NCBI RefSeq assembly: GCF_004010195.1
Contig: NC_057756.1
Span: 2,854,776-2,918,775, forward strand
Direction of reading: 5' to 3'
DNA: 64,000 nt
From: Chiloscyllium plagiosum
Taxonomy: Eukaryota
Shown here: piece after piece, positions 1 to 12,475 of the stretch
Layout of the letters: every line of letters starts with the position of its first letter
How positions within the stretch are numbered: position 1 is the stretch's first letter
The notes under the pieces: generated by a model
Told to the model about the DNA's origin: nothing
Database searches by the model: none
What the model saw: only the letters and a program-made list of their open reading frames with translations
Position numbers and translations under genes: made by a program

Positions 1-1704
1 TACAAACTTCGGAGGTCTTATCTGTTTCCCTACTCCTTAAGACATATTTTACTTGTTCTATATTCTAATTCCTATACAAAATTGCATGTTTCCCCGGAGA
101 GAGTCCAGACGTTGCAAGTTTCGAATTTTTTTTTTAAATATTATGCCAAACTCACTAAATTATTGTTGAAAACTGCTCATTCCATTACTCTCTAAGTTTG
201 TGATACAAACTGAATGTTCACCATCTTACTTTAGATGATACGGTGCTTTATGAGTAACATAAAAAAGCTCTTGGCCCTGAAAATCAAAGCAACACTGTCT
301 ATACACTTCAATGAGCACAGAAACTCCTGCCTGCGCCGCTCTGGAGAATTGTTTTCATCTGATAGTCTCCCTTTATTAATGTTCCATCTTTTCTTATTTG
401 TTCTCGCTGCCCGACACAGCTAACAATCAGTTTTGAGTTGTCCACACTTAGATTCTATCTTGAGAGAAACGTATGATAGGGATTTGCTGCCTACCTACCT
501 GCTCTCCCTCTGTTAGACTTTCGTCTGACTGAATTTTAAAACCAAGTTTAAGGGCATTGAAATGGTCATTGGATTGGCATACGGACGATAATATATTTAG
601 CAAAAGCCTTTTAAACAGTACTGCCGGGTAATCGTGCCTGGAAGCAAGCTATCAAAATGACCCTGAACCTGCTTGATGGAAACCTTTTTTCAAGTGATGT
701 TAAAGCTCCAATTATCAGTACTTAATCTAATCAGACTCTGGCACATTCTGCAACTGCGGTCATTCATGTTACCATTTGGAACGGTGTTTCCTGCATGTGG
801 CATACCATCAGAGAATGATTTATTATCTGCTATACCATATCTTAGGCATAAATGTGTTTCCTTTATGATGACATTACATCATTATCTGTGCCTAACTTCG
901 TTTACCTTTATTTTTCTTCTCGTAAGAGTGAACTTTGACTTATTTATCGCAATGCATAATACACAATCTTAATTTATTGTACTCGTAGGTAGTGTTAGCA
1001 TGAGTTTCTTACAGGTTTTCTTTGAAGCACATTTTGGTTTTTCTCTCTACTCTATTGCCCGACAGGAGCACTGGGATTCTAAATTTAGAACACATTTCCG
1101 AGACTGCTTCAGTGTGATGTCCGTCCAAGGGGACTGCTCTTAGTTTACTTCAACACAATGCTGATCGTGAGTGAATTTTGACGTCAATTTTAAAGGCATC
1201 GAAATGGTCATTGGATAGGCATTTTGGCGAGAATGGAATAATGTAGGTTAGATTGGTTTTAAATTGGTTCAACCGTTCAGCTCAAAATCGAGGGCAGAAG
1301 GGCTTGAATTGTGCTGTGTTGTTCGATCTGCTATGCTCTCTGTTCTATAAATTATGCCTGACTAAGCTCAGAGTAAGTTCACACTGTGGAGAAATGTTTA
1401 ATAGAACGCAGCAGTATGCAAAATAATTATCCGAAATATTTACTTAAGAATGCGACTTTGTGAAGTTCATCTATCCAACTGGAAATAATGGGATGACACT
1501 TTCCGTGGGTACATATATTTGAATGAGTTAAATGAGAAAAAAAGGCTCAGCTGAAACCTGGAACATGCTTGGCCAATTCAAATGATTCTGTTGTTCATTC
1601 GACGCAATTTCCTCTTACAGCTTACTCGAAAATAGCGTAGAATTGAATACGCTCACCAATCCCTTCATAAGAAACTTTTTTTTTACATTGATACTCTATT
1701 AACA

Positions 1705-1740
1705 GATCCTGAAGAAGGGCTTATACCCGAAACGTCGATT
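1705..1740 (+). ncRNA. Minimal type I hammerhead ribozyme motif
   Basis: Stem I gatc/gatt, CUGAAGA core, stem II ggg..ccc, GAAA, minimal palindromic stem III (ACGT), GUC cleavage triplet. Confidence 0.6.
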
Positions 1741-1835
1741 CTCCTGTTCCCTGGATGCTGCCTGACCTGCTGCGCTGTTCCAGCAACACATTTTCAGCTC
1801 TGATCGCCAGCATCTGCAGACCTCACTTTCTCCTC
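1709..1835 (+). mobile_element. Short Penelope-like-derived retroelement with a hammerhead-ribozyme core and 13-bp target-site duplication
   Basis: Flanked by ctattaacagatc at 1696-1708 and 1836-1848; starts CTGAAGA-agggcttataccc-GAAACGTC; homologous copies near 6207, 42120 and 50595. Confidence 0.75.
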
Positions 1836-3275
1836 CTATTAACAGATCTACCCTGTATTCTTAAACTGTGACTGCCAAATCTGGAATCGTCATACATCTG
1901 GGATGCATGCCCCAAAATTTTCATGTACACACAATGTGATTGTTCATATAAACTTCGCTGATCCTAATTTTAGAAACATGGAGAATAGTCTGGAAACTCA
2001 TAAAAGCTTGTATCACGCCCACAAAACCACAGAATGCATTTCCACACTTCTGTGCAAATAGGTTCTGGAGAAATACACTTCAGTTTGGGTTTTGAAACAT
2101 TGCTTCATTGTGAAAATGCAGCCGTCGGGCTATTATTGACCTTATAACTTAAAAGAGTGAGTTGTTTTATCTCTCTTTTTTGTTCTAAGTCATGCTTTGT
2201 CAGCTGCTAGGTTTTAGCGATGTGATCACATATAAATATTTTTACTGTTGAATTTCGAACTGGCTAATACAATAATTGTTGCAAAACCTTTTTTCTCCAT
2301 ATCTTTCATATTGCTCCAAACTTATTATTACTCGTGCAAATCTGTTATCAAGCTTAGTACGGTAATGTCGGTCATGGGTCGTTTGCTAGATTCCATTTCA
2401 CATTCGTATTTTGCCATGCTTTTCTAATTAATGCATTTATTTTATCAATGAACTCTTACACTTTCTTTTAAGATAAAGAATTGGCTGATGTTTTAAAAGG
2501 TAAAAACAAATATTTAAGTTTGTCGCCAATTATTTAAAGTATCCTTTTCTTCATCTGGTGTTCAGAGAAGCCCATGAATTAACATTCGATTGACGTACTC
2601 ATGTTTCTTGAGCAGGTCATCGGAAAGCACAAGGTGTCTTCATATTCACATTTTAAAAGCAAATTCCACGTAAAGGAAATTTTGGGCAATATGTTTTTGG
2701 AATTCATTGAAAAAATGAATGCCAATGAAGATGTGTGATGAACCACATGCACATTAAAAGTTTTTGACGAGATTTAATGAAACCAAATATCGGTGGAAAG
2801 TACAGATTGTTGGCAAAGTAAACAAATTTTTTAAAAATATGTAAACTTTCCAGAAAGAAACTGGTTTATTTTTGACATTGTACTGGAGTTTACCTTGATC
2901 TGACGTTATAACTGTACGATTTAACATCTGCATTTCCTAAAAATGGTAATGAGGCATCGTTTCAGTCATGCTCATGAATGGTCTCCCTGATTTATATAAT
3001 CAAGCGTCTCGTAGAGGCATTCAAAACAGAACTATATCTAACTGAAGCAAGGCTCGTATTAAGAGTTTATGTTTTCTCTTATTTTGCTATTGATTGAACT
3101 AAACTGGGACTTGTAATATTTGCAAGCTTTTTCTCTTGGGATTTATTTATCGCATTTTTTGAAATGATGTCGAAATAACGATTGACTCGAGGTATTTTGT
3201 TCCTTATCTCAAACAGTGAGTTATATATTTCAATTTAATGGCAGATGTTTTTCCTTTTTTTTATTTGGATTGAAG

Positions 3276-3311
3276 AACTGACCAAATGTGAAGATAATCA
3301 AAAGTCTGCAG
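3276..3311 (+). CDS. Micro-exon 1 (36 nt, phase 1-1) of a coiled-coil-encoding gene; (E/K/Q)LTKCEDNQKSA
   Basis: Poly-T tract ...tttttttatttggattgaag acceptor, strong CAG|gtaaga donor, open frame; matches the 36-nt module pattern (L2, C5). Confidence 0.75.
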
Positions 3312-3464
3312 GTAAGAGGAGTGACACTGTTCTCTATTGCTACTGATGAAAGGAGGAAAGATGTTTGTCGTCGTGTTTAGAACAGAAAGTTTGATCCCAG
3401 TAAAGAACTCTCTTCACTTCGTGATCCGCTATAATGAATAATACTGAACACGGCTTTGTGTGCA

Positions 3465-4705
3465 GAAAATAGTGTCTTACTAATGTGTCCGATTTTTGAA
3501 GAGGTTAACATGAAGTGTGATGCAGGCAGAGCAGAAGGCATTGACTGTACGGACTTCAGCAGAACATTCTTCAAGAGTTCACGATGTACACTGTTAGTAA
3601 TGCTATGTCACATGGAATTCATGCAGTTACCACATTTGATACAAATTTGCTTTGAAGGTCGGAGACGGGATTTGTGGTCGAGGGTTGTTTTTCAGAATAG
3701 ATACGTATGATCAGCGGTATGCCGCACGATCAGTGCCCTATCTCCGAGGTACTGCATTTGCATAAATGGTTTGCATGTGTGTATAGGAGTTGCCGTGGGT
3801 AAATTTGCAGACGAAACCAAATTAGATTGTGTGGTGCAGAACGAAGATTAGCGCAGAGCACACTAGGAATTTGATAAGATGGCCCAATGGACTGAGGAGT
3901 GGCAGACGAAATTTAAGTTAAATAAATGTGAGGTGTTGCATATTTCAAAAGCAAACCAGGTCAGGAGTTATGCAGTTAATCTCAGACCCTTGGAAGTGTT
4001 ATTGAACAAGGAGATCAAGAGGTGCAGGGACATATTTCATTGGAAGCATACTCACATATGGACAGGGTGATAAAGAATTGTTTGACACACTTGCCCTCAT
4101 TTGTCAGAACATTGAGCATAGCAGTTGGGATGTTTTGATGAGGTGATAAAGTGCGTGGGTGAGGCCACTTTTAAAAGGCTGCATCAAGTTTTGCCCGCCC
4201 TAATAGAGGAACATTTTTTTTAACGTTGAATGGGTGCAGTAATCGTTTACAAGGATGTTGTCGGGATTTGATTGATATAAAAACGCTAAATTCGGTGCGG
4301 TTTGAATTTTTCTGGATGCTTGGAGTCTGTGGCATGACATTACAGTGTTAATTTACAGTAATGCTGTGCATAGATTGGAGAAATAGCCAAATGATCTTTT
4401 CTGGAGGGAACAGAGAAGACGAGAGAACACAGTTCCAAGGCGACAGGCAAAGGATTTTTTAAAAATGTAAAGTTTGTTTTTCTGCATGTTTGTGAGCATG
4501 CATGAAGCCTTTCGGAAGAAAACATAGTGGAAATGGTTACAATTTAAACATTTATAGACATCAGCAGGGGATCGATGAATACAAAGCCTTTAGAAGGACA
4601 TGAGTCATATCCTGGCAATTGGTGCGAGGTCAGATTAGAATTCTGTTTGGGCGCAAGCAAGTTGTATTGATGGATTTCTGTGCAGCATGGCTCTATAAAT
4701 CTATG
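3465..4705 (+). mobile_element. Decayed CR1-type LINE, 3' part of ORF2 (RT) plus 3' tail
   Basis: Remnant peptides FEEV..CD.GRA..DFS, KFADETKL, WQTKFKLNKCEVLH; ends in a ctctataaatctatg-type tail. Confidence 0.85.
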
Positions 4706-6206
4706 TGGACGTAAAATGTGAAGAAGCAGGTTGTACTTTGGAAGTAAGTATCAGAAACTGCTAAAATTTAAATCGATTTTATGTAACAAAAAGAGCAATT
4801 GCGCTGTTAGGTAAATTTCTTTCTGAAGGATATTTGGAATCGAGTAACAATAGTCAAACTGAGTTATATTTTAAGGTAGTCTGGAACGTAAACTACCTTA
4901 ATACAATGTTTGGTCTTCAATGTGAAAGAAATGCATCTTTGATGTTTTGATACCTCCAGCCATGGCAGGTAGACGTTTGAGAAGCGTTTGTTTGTTTGTT
5001 TGATGATCGTCACGTATAATAAGATAAAACTGTTGAGCTTCATCAAATGTTTGGTCGATTCTACAGTTCATAATCACACAACACTGTATGCCGACAGAAA
5101 AAAAAGGAAGGTCAATTTGGTAATAAGATCAGCATAGTCAATCTATTTACATTAAGACATGATAAAAATGTGCAGACAAACAACAAACATATTGGACAGT
5201 TATGCATGATTACAAAAGCAGGCGGGAGATACAAAACAATTGCGATCCATATGTATTTAACAAGGAAAAACATACTTTGGTTTTGATTTTGTGTAGAATA
5301 TGACGACATTTCGAGTTAATTTAATGCTAATCGTCACTGAGATGGAGGTCCGAAACAAATTGTGGTAATACTGTACTGCGTAGTTGCAGGGTTAAGTTTT
5401 ATTTTTTGCAGCGAATGATCATGAGGAACATACATACTGAAGCACGACAGGTGGGGGCGGAGAAAGTGTCTGAGTGTTTTGATTATGTCACTGATGCAGG
5501 GATCTGTAAACTAGTTAAATGATTGCATAAAATGCTGACTCTTTTCCTATAAGGAGCTAAATGACAATCCAATCAGCAACAAAGCACACAATGTGAATTT
5601 TCAGTGACCTCCCAATCTTACATAGATTGCCAATCAATTCCATATTTTCATTTGATGTGCCATAACGTTGTTGTGAATTTGAGATAGAAGACTTCATTTT
5701 CATTTTTCATTCCGAAACATGAAGTCGTAGTCCACTCTGAGAAGTCCACTATACAATGTGAAAATCAATGAAGGCACATGTCATCTCATTTTGACACAGT
5801 TTTAACCATCTCTATTCAAAGTTTCAAAGACATTTTCCCCAAAGTAGCCAACCTAATAGTCTCTAAATACATTAGTGAGGAAGTGAACTGGATGTTCAAG
5901 TGCTCGGGGCATTGTTTCGGAATAGACCGAGGATGCTTTCGTAGGCTGTTAGGAAGCAATTAGTTAGAATAAGTAGTATATGGAAGATAGGACACGAGGC
6001 TGCAAAAGTCTATGTAACTGGAAGGAACAGTGTTTATTGACTAGTGGGTAGGGTCAAGGCTTTAGCAGGGCAGTCATAATGTACAATATGGGTAGGATGT
6101 CAAGTTAGTAAATGATGGAATAATAATTGTGACGGGTATCTTCTGAGAGATCGATAATTTATGTATCTTATGATGAATGAGAGTAAGTGGTTTGAATTTG
6201 GTGAAA

Positions 6207-6359
6207 GCTGGAAATGTGTTGCTGGAAAAGTGCAGCAGGTCAGGCAGCAACCAGGGAACAGGAGAATCGACGTTTCGGGCATAAGCCTTTCTTCAGGAAA
6301 TTCAGTCTCATATTCCTCCCTCCCCTTCCTCGACCTTTCTATTTAAATACGGAACCGAC
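6207..6359 (-). mobile_element. Penelope-like short element with hammerhead core and 14-bp TSD
   Basis: Reverse strand reads cCTGAAGAaaggcttatgcccGAAACGTCgattc; direct repeat tgaatttggtgaaa at 6193-6206 and 6360-6373. Confidence 0.7.
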
Positions 6360-6647
6360 TGAATTTGGTGAAATACAGGGTGAAGGCATTAGGGACCATC
6401 AGGTAATGTGATGTTGCGTTCCAGGCTGTTGTAAACAGGGTGAATCCGTAGGACTGAATGCTTTATGCACAGAAAGGTATCTGGTCGTAATTTGGAGTTG
6501 GCTCAGGAGTGAAGGAAGCAATGGGTTCGACTTCTGTGCGTGAAGGTTTGTTCAGTCTGTTGGTATGAGCAGTTTTCTTTTTTCAGATGCTGTTGTGCAT
6601 GACGGCAGAGGAGAGGTACCAAATGCAGTGCAGAGCCACTTTTGTCA

Positions 6648-6700
6648 TATAGATTAGATTAGATTAGATTAGATTAGATTAGATTAGATTAGATTAGATT
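6648..6700. repeat. (TAGAT)n pentanucleotide microsatellite (SINE tail)
   Basis: About ten tandem TAGAT units. Confidence 0.95.
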
Positions 6701-6995
6701 ACTTACAGGCCCTCCGGCCCAACAAGTCCACACCAAGCCGCCGAAGAGCACCCACTCAAATCCATTCCCTTACATTTACCCCTGCACCTAACACTACGGG
6801 CAATTTAGAATGGCCAAACCACCTAATTTGCACATTTTTGGACTGCGGGAGGAAACTGGAGCATCTGGAGGAAACCCACGCAGACACGGGGAGAATGTGC
6901 AAACTCCACACATTCAGTCGCCTGAGGCGGGAGTTGACCCGGGTCTCTGGAACTGTGAGGCAACAGTGCTAACCATTGTGCCACCGTGCTGCCTA
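6648..6995 (-). mobile_element. tRNA-derived V-SINE (HE1-like, elasmobranch) with (TCTAA)n tail
   Basis: Minus strand starts ggcagcacggtggcacaatggttagcactg (A-box-like), has the V-domain gtgtggagtttgcacattctccccgtgtctgcgtgggtttcctcc, and a tail seen as (TAGAT)n on the + strand. Confidence 0.85.
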
Positions 6996-7304
6996 TAAAT
7001 GAAGAACATTTCACAAGCATATGAGAATGTGGAGTTGAAGGCAGGGGAAAGTTCAAATCTTTCCATAAGAGTGGATCGTGAATTTAACTGTCTGTACTGA
7101 GGCAGGAAGAGTCATACATTGTCATACTAATGACACCAGTGTACTAAGAAGTGACTTAAATCTGGAAGCTTATGACAAACTTCATTCTTGTGCTTAGTTT
7201 GCCAGTGGTAGCTGGGTCTTTTTTTTTGGATCCAAGAATTTAATATGCCTGTTCGCTGGCATAGCCGAGCTAAATATATTGGGTGATATCGGGTATCACT
7301 ACTA

Positions 7305-10300
7305 TCGTGACACCTCTCCTAATAAAAAAAAGAATCATCAATACCAAAAGATAGGTTCATTTTAAATCCCTCAAAACCTGGTTACTTGTCAAACACAGAG
7401 ATACATCATTGACTACAGCAACAAGCTTAATCCTAACAGTCCTTTAAAATTTCCATAGATGTCAATGGGTTGTCTTCAGTGTATACAATTTTCTCAGGTA
7501 CATTCCTGATAATATGAACACTGAATTGTTGTAATGACAACACCAAGTTTAAAGTCTGTTTCTTCACCGTTGAATACTTCTGTTGATGAACGTCCAACTT
7601 CCTGAAGAAAACAATCCAATGGGCCTTCCTATCCACTCATCATCCTCCTGCAGGAGCATCGCACTGACATCCACATCACTGGCATCGAAAGCCAAGTTGA
7701 AAAGCTTCATGTAATCCGGTGTAGCTAATATTGGAACACTGGTTAACACAGTTTGTAGACTATCAAATGCTTTTGACAGCCCACTGTCCACTGAAACCTC
7801 TCGCCTTTTTTATAACAATTCGGTGTGTGAAGCAGGCACACTGATAAAATCCACTCAACGGCAGGAATGTCATACTATTTTTTTTTTGTCGATAGTGTGG
7901 GAAATTACCCAATTACTTTTGTTTTCACATCTCGTGGGGCCATTTGTCTGTGTACAATAAAATGGTCAAGGAAGATGACTAGGGCTTTTGCAAATTCCCG
8001 TTTAGTAAGGTGAACCACAAAGCCTGCCTTTCGAAGTCGAGAGACAAAGTCCAATAAATGTAGTCATTTATTCATTCTCCTCTTGCTTTCCTTCCCTGTC
8101 AAAATGCCTATTGAGCATTCTCACATGACACACTCTGCGAGATTTTGACCCCTCTGGAGTCCTTATCGAGTATTTCACCTCACTCAATTTCTGCTCAATT
8201 TGATAAGGTCCAAGAAGCCTTGCTTTCAAAAACTCACGTGTAATGGGAAACAACACCAATACATTGTCCCAAATTGCAAAATTGAAAATTTGTGATTTCT
8301 TATCTGCTTGCTGTTTCATTGCATGTTGTGATACTTTTAAATGCTGTCAGTCCAATTCTCCAGAAAGATCTAATCATTCTCTAAGATTTGACACGTAATC
8401 CAAATGCGCGGTCTCTGAATTCTTGTTTATTAATTTCTCCTTCATCAATTTTAACGATCCTCTTGGTTTTGTGCCCCAAAACGCATTCAAATGGACTGAA
8501 TTCTGTCGATTCATTAGGTGCATCTCTGATCACAAAAAGTACAAACGGAACTCTCTTTTACCAATCTTCTGGATAATCCTGATCATTAGCTCCCAATATA
8601 GTCTTCATTGTCTGACACCATCGCTCTAGCGCTCCCTGCGATTCTGGATCGTACACAGAAGTTTTGAATTGTTTTATTCCCAAGTTATCCATGACATCCT
8701 TACATATTTTGGATGTGAAGTCTGAATCTTGATCTTACAGGATCGCTGTTGGCTCTCCACATCTCATAAAAAAATTAAATAGTTCTTCTCCAATCCTTTT
8801 AGTTGCGACGTTACGTTAAAGGATTGCCTCTTGAAATTTAGTCAACGCATCCATTATGGTTAATGGATACTTATTCCCACTTTTTGCTGGAGACATGAGA
8901 CCTACACATCAATCAAGACACTTGTGAATGGTTCCCGTAAAGCTGGAATATGAATTAACGATGCAGGTTTTATTACTGCCCGTGGTTTTCCAATTACCTG
9001 ACATGAATGACACGTCTGTCAAACTTCAACTACATCTTTGTGTAGTCCAGAGCAGTAAAAATGTCTTTGTATGTTAGCGTGTGTTTTCATAATTCCAAAT
9101 TGGAGCTCATCAGCCACTCGCAGCACTTCCTTTTCTGGTAGCAAAAATATTTGATGTATCTCTCCCCATTTCTAATCTGCTTGAATGTATGATGGTTTCC
9201 ACACCCTGACTAAGATATCATTTGTTTAGTAATCACACAGAGGGATGCATTCACTTTCTTTATTTCTAAATGCCTTTCGATATAAATGTATTAACTCCTC
9301 CTCTTTCTGCTGTAATTCAATCAGCTCAGCAGAGCTAAAGATACTTGCACATTAACCGATTTGCTCTTTCGCTGTTCCACTTCTCTGATCAAAAAAGGTC
9401 TCGGTCAGCGCTATGTCAGCTTCATTATCTGTGCATTCTGGTCTCTCCTACTTCAACTTGTGCCTCTGTGATCCTGTGATCACACAATCACGGAAAGTTT
9501 GTTGATGAAAATTCTCCATGTCTTCATTTGCCTTCGTTTCCACTGGTTTTTCAATTAAAGTAGACAGCACACCTACCAGTGAATCAGTTATATCATTTGT
9601 CAGGACAAATTGTTTTCGTGGAGCTAAGAGTTTTTTCCATTACATCTACCAAAAATTATCCAATCTTTTCTGGTCTCTCTAGCCTCACTTAAAATAACTG
9701 AGCACTTTCTGTCTCACCATTTATTCCTGTTACCAGTAACCTTTCTGCCAATAGTCTCTCAGGAGTGCATATCTTCTCATTCTTCGACATTATAGACTGG
9801 GAGGATCATGTGTCCTTTAATATTGTAAACACTGTACCTACTGCTCCTGGCCTACGTGAATACACATTATCCTTGCATGCATTTTTCTAAAAAGACGATC
9901 TGGTACTTCCTACTGTAACAATCTCGAAACATCTTGTACACTTGTATTACAGTTGTATTACTTCCCTTGTGCTTTTCGTTACTAGTCCAACAGTCCAACA
10001 TAACTTATAGGCTTGTCAGGTTTTCCTGAATCGGCCTTTCTCCTGGCTGACCAACACTGATTTCGTGTGGCCCACTTTGTTACAATAAAAACACAAGACC
10101 TTTTTAACTCCTTTCTTACCCTCATGGGCTTAATTGTTACTCTGTGGTAAGTTCTCCTGATGATCATCACTGCGATCTACCTTCCCCTTTTCACGGGAGG
10201 ATTTTTCTTTGCCCCAATTTCTATCCTTCATGAACTGAAATTGACTCTGGAAGGCAAACCATGTTTTATGGGCCAACCCATAATCATCAGCCACTTCAGC

Positions 10301-11272
10301 AGCTAAACTTGTTGTTTCAACTCTCTGCTCTTCCACATGTGTTCGCACTAATTCAGGCAGGTTTCTACAGCAAGTTGAAATGCTGAGCTACTGCTGCAAT
10401 TATCTCTCCTTTCTTCACAGAATCTTTCAGTTCCAATTCCAGCTTCTCTGATAATTCCTATGACTTGGTCTTATTCACTTTTTTGCAAAACTTCCAAAGT
10501 CACTGCATTCACGTTCAGAAAACTTTTGGCAACTGAAAGAGGCATTCAATTCCAAAGGGCTATTTTCTCAAACAAACCAATACCCGAAATAAAGACATGA
10601 GCACCTACCACTAGCTGTTTTAAATCCCCAAGGAAGCCCCAATCTGTTATGGATTAGACCAGACCACTCAAACATTCTTAAGCAGAGAGGCCAGAACATA
10701 ATTTTGCGATTTGCTTTGGTAAGTGCACAGCAAAACATAGCCGGAGTAAGTTACTACAAGCTTGACACTAGATTTTAAAACAGACAAAAATGCATTCACG
10801 AGATTAGACATTGAAACACAATGAAGTGAATAAGGAACCCCTACAGTCTATCCAAACTTTACTTACTTATGCTGTTCTAAATATATGCAATTGTCTCAAT
10901 AAGCAAACTCCCATTGAAGCCCAGTATAATTGGAACACATGCTTACAGATTAAAGTTGAAGGGCAGAGAGAGAAATTTCACACAGATCACTGTTGAACCT
11001 CTCACCAGTTCAAGACTGAACTGAATTGCTCAGCTAGAGAGCTGACCATTCCCCTTTCATTATTCTGTTCACTTCCCCAACATGACCACTTTGGCTTGAA
11101 GTCTCAACGGTTTACATAAAAACAAAATGCCTCTGAATATCACTTTCACCTGTGTATCAAACCAGACTGACTTAAGCCTAGCCTGTTTTATTACACTTCT
11201 AAAAAAGTCAAAAAGCAAAGTATTCTTGAGCCAAGGAACAGGTTGTACAAAAAAGAAGTTGGTGTCATGACA
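7305..11272 (-). mobile_element. Decayed Gmr1-like Ty3/gypsy LTR retrotransposon (5' LTR, gag, integrase, partial RT, RNase H)
   Basis: LTR 10645-11272 (TGTTATG...CATGACA) followed on the minus strand by PBS-like TGGGGCTTCCTTGGGGATTT; gag near 10000-10560; integrase GNKYPLTIMDALTKF near 8850; RT C-terminus HLLDFVSRLRKAGFVVHLTKREFAK near 8000; RNase H LAFDASDVDVSAMLLQED near 7650; purine tract plus TGTCAC near 7310. Confidence 0.85.
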
Positions 11273-11720
11273 ACAATTTCTTTTTGTTTACATCGATGCC
11301 AGATGATTTTATCAAGTGTCTTTCCATTTACCGTGTGGTTATTTGTTGAACTTGAGTTGCACATTATATCCAATTTTAATTTCTAGGCATACGATATTAT
11401 CCAGTGGCTTTTCAATTTATTTCATTTTTTCACTTAATAGCCTGTTATGTTATGGACTCAGACATTTTATTCAGATAAAATTCATTTAACAAATGGCAAG
11501 CTTGGGTCCACAGCAAAATATTTTGTATATTGCTCCTATTGTATTTGCCCATATTTCTGAATATTACTTTTTCAGTGAGATGTGATTATATGCCATTAAT
11601 TTTGAATGTTACAGAATGGTAATACTTTACTTAAGTATACCTCAATAAATTAAAAATACTTTACTTCTTTGCTTCTCTCATATAATTCCCTTCTAATATT
11701 GATGCTGCTTGTTTCAACAG

Positions 11721-11750
11721 AGAAATGCAATGAAGACTTCGCTGAGAAAG
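11721..11750 (+). CDS. Micro-exon 2 (30 nt, phase 1-1); EKCNEDFAEK
   Basis: gcttgtttcaacag acceptor, AAG|gtacga donor, open frame; aligns to the 36-nt module lacking its first two codons (C at module position 5, F at 9). Confidence 0.75.
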
Positions 11751-12448
11751 GTACGAAATTACTTGGCGTGTCTTTACTGTCATGAGTACACAATTGTTCT
11801 TTGAGTCGTTGTTAAGTCATGTGCCATTATATTTCAATTCAAGTTCAGCTCTCCAAACCTCACTTGGTAATCTTAACTTTGGTTGACACAACAGTGGTGA
11901 CACAATGGGCCTTGTTCATCTGTGCATCTCTGATTCATTTGTATGCACTGTTCCGTACACTTCCCTGCATCTGCAGTCCGAATGCGGTTTTTGTTTGGAA
12001 GAGAAAGTTATATCTACAGAAACTCCAGTCGCATTTAGTCCTTCATTTCAATAAGTCTTCAGGGAGCCATATCTGTCCAAGGAAAGTGAAACCAATCCTC
12101 CTGTGGAACAAAGAAAAACGAACCCAATAGATTTTGCGGCGAGTTGTATCCATCTTCTCCCGCTGTATTCACTCACAAATTAATAGATAAGAGTCTCGAA
12201 TATGTTACTAAATTGTAGAATATGAAGTAACGAATATTCAGCAAGTTTTCTTCTTCTGATACATCAACTCATCCAAAGCTGAAACAATAAGTTTTGGTGT
12301 GATTTTGTCATTTGTTACTACAATCGTACAGCTTCGAAATGTATTTCGGTAATACCACAATGTATGCACTATCGAATGGCACTAAGAAAAACTGCACTGT
12401 TTATTACCACAAAGTATGACAATTCTATGCATTATTTTACCCTTTTAG

Positions 12449-12475
12449 AGGTGGAATTGGCTAGAAAACAAAAAC
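12449..12475 (+). CDS. Micro-exon 3 (27 nt, phase 1-1); EVELARKQK
   Basis: ttttacccttttag acceptor, C|gtaagt donor, open frame; 698-nt intron after exon 2. Confidence 0.75.

Noticed and set aside
531..1222. About 50-bp direct similarity (ggcat.gaaatggtcattggat.ggcat) near 550 and 1195
   Set aside because: Most simply two decayed LINE 3'-end remnants; no array structure.
5412..5450. 39-nt exon-like segment
   Set aside because: TGA stop in the phase-1 frame; weak donor gtgggg.
6587..6615. Exon-like segment (tttcag...AG|gtacca) as partner of micro-exon 1
   Set aside because: 29 nt, would shift the frame.
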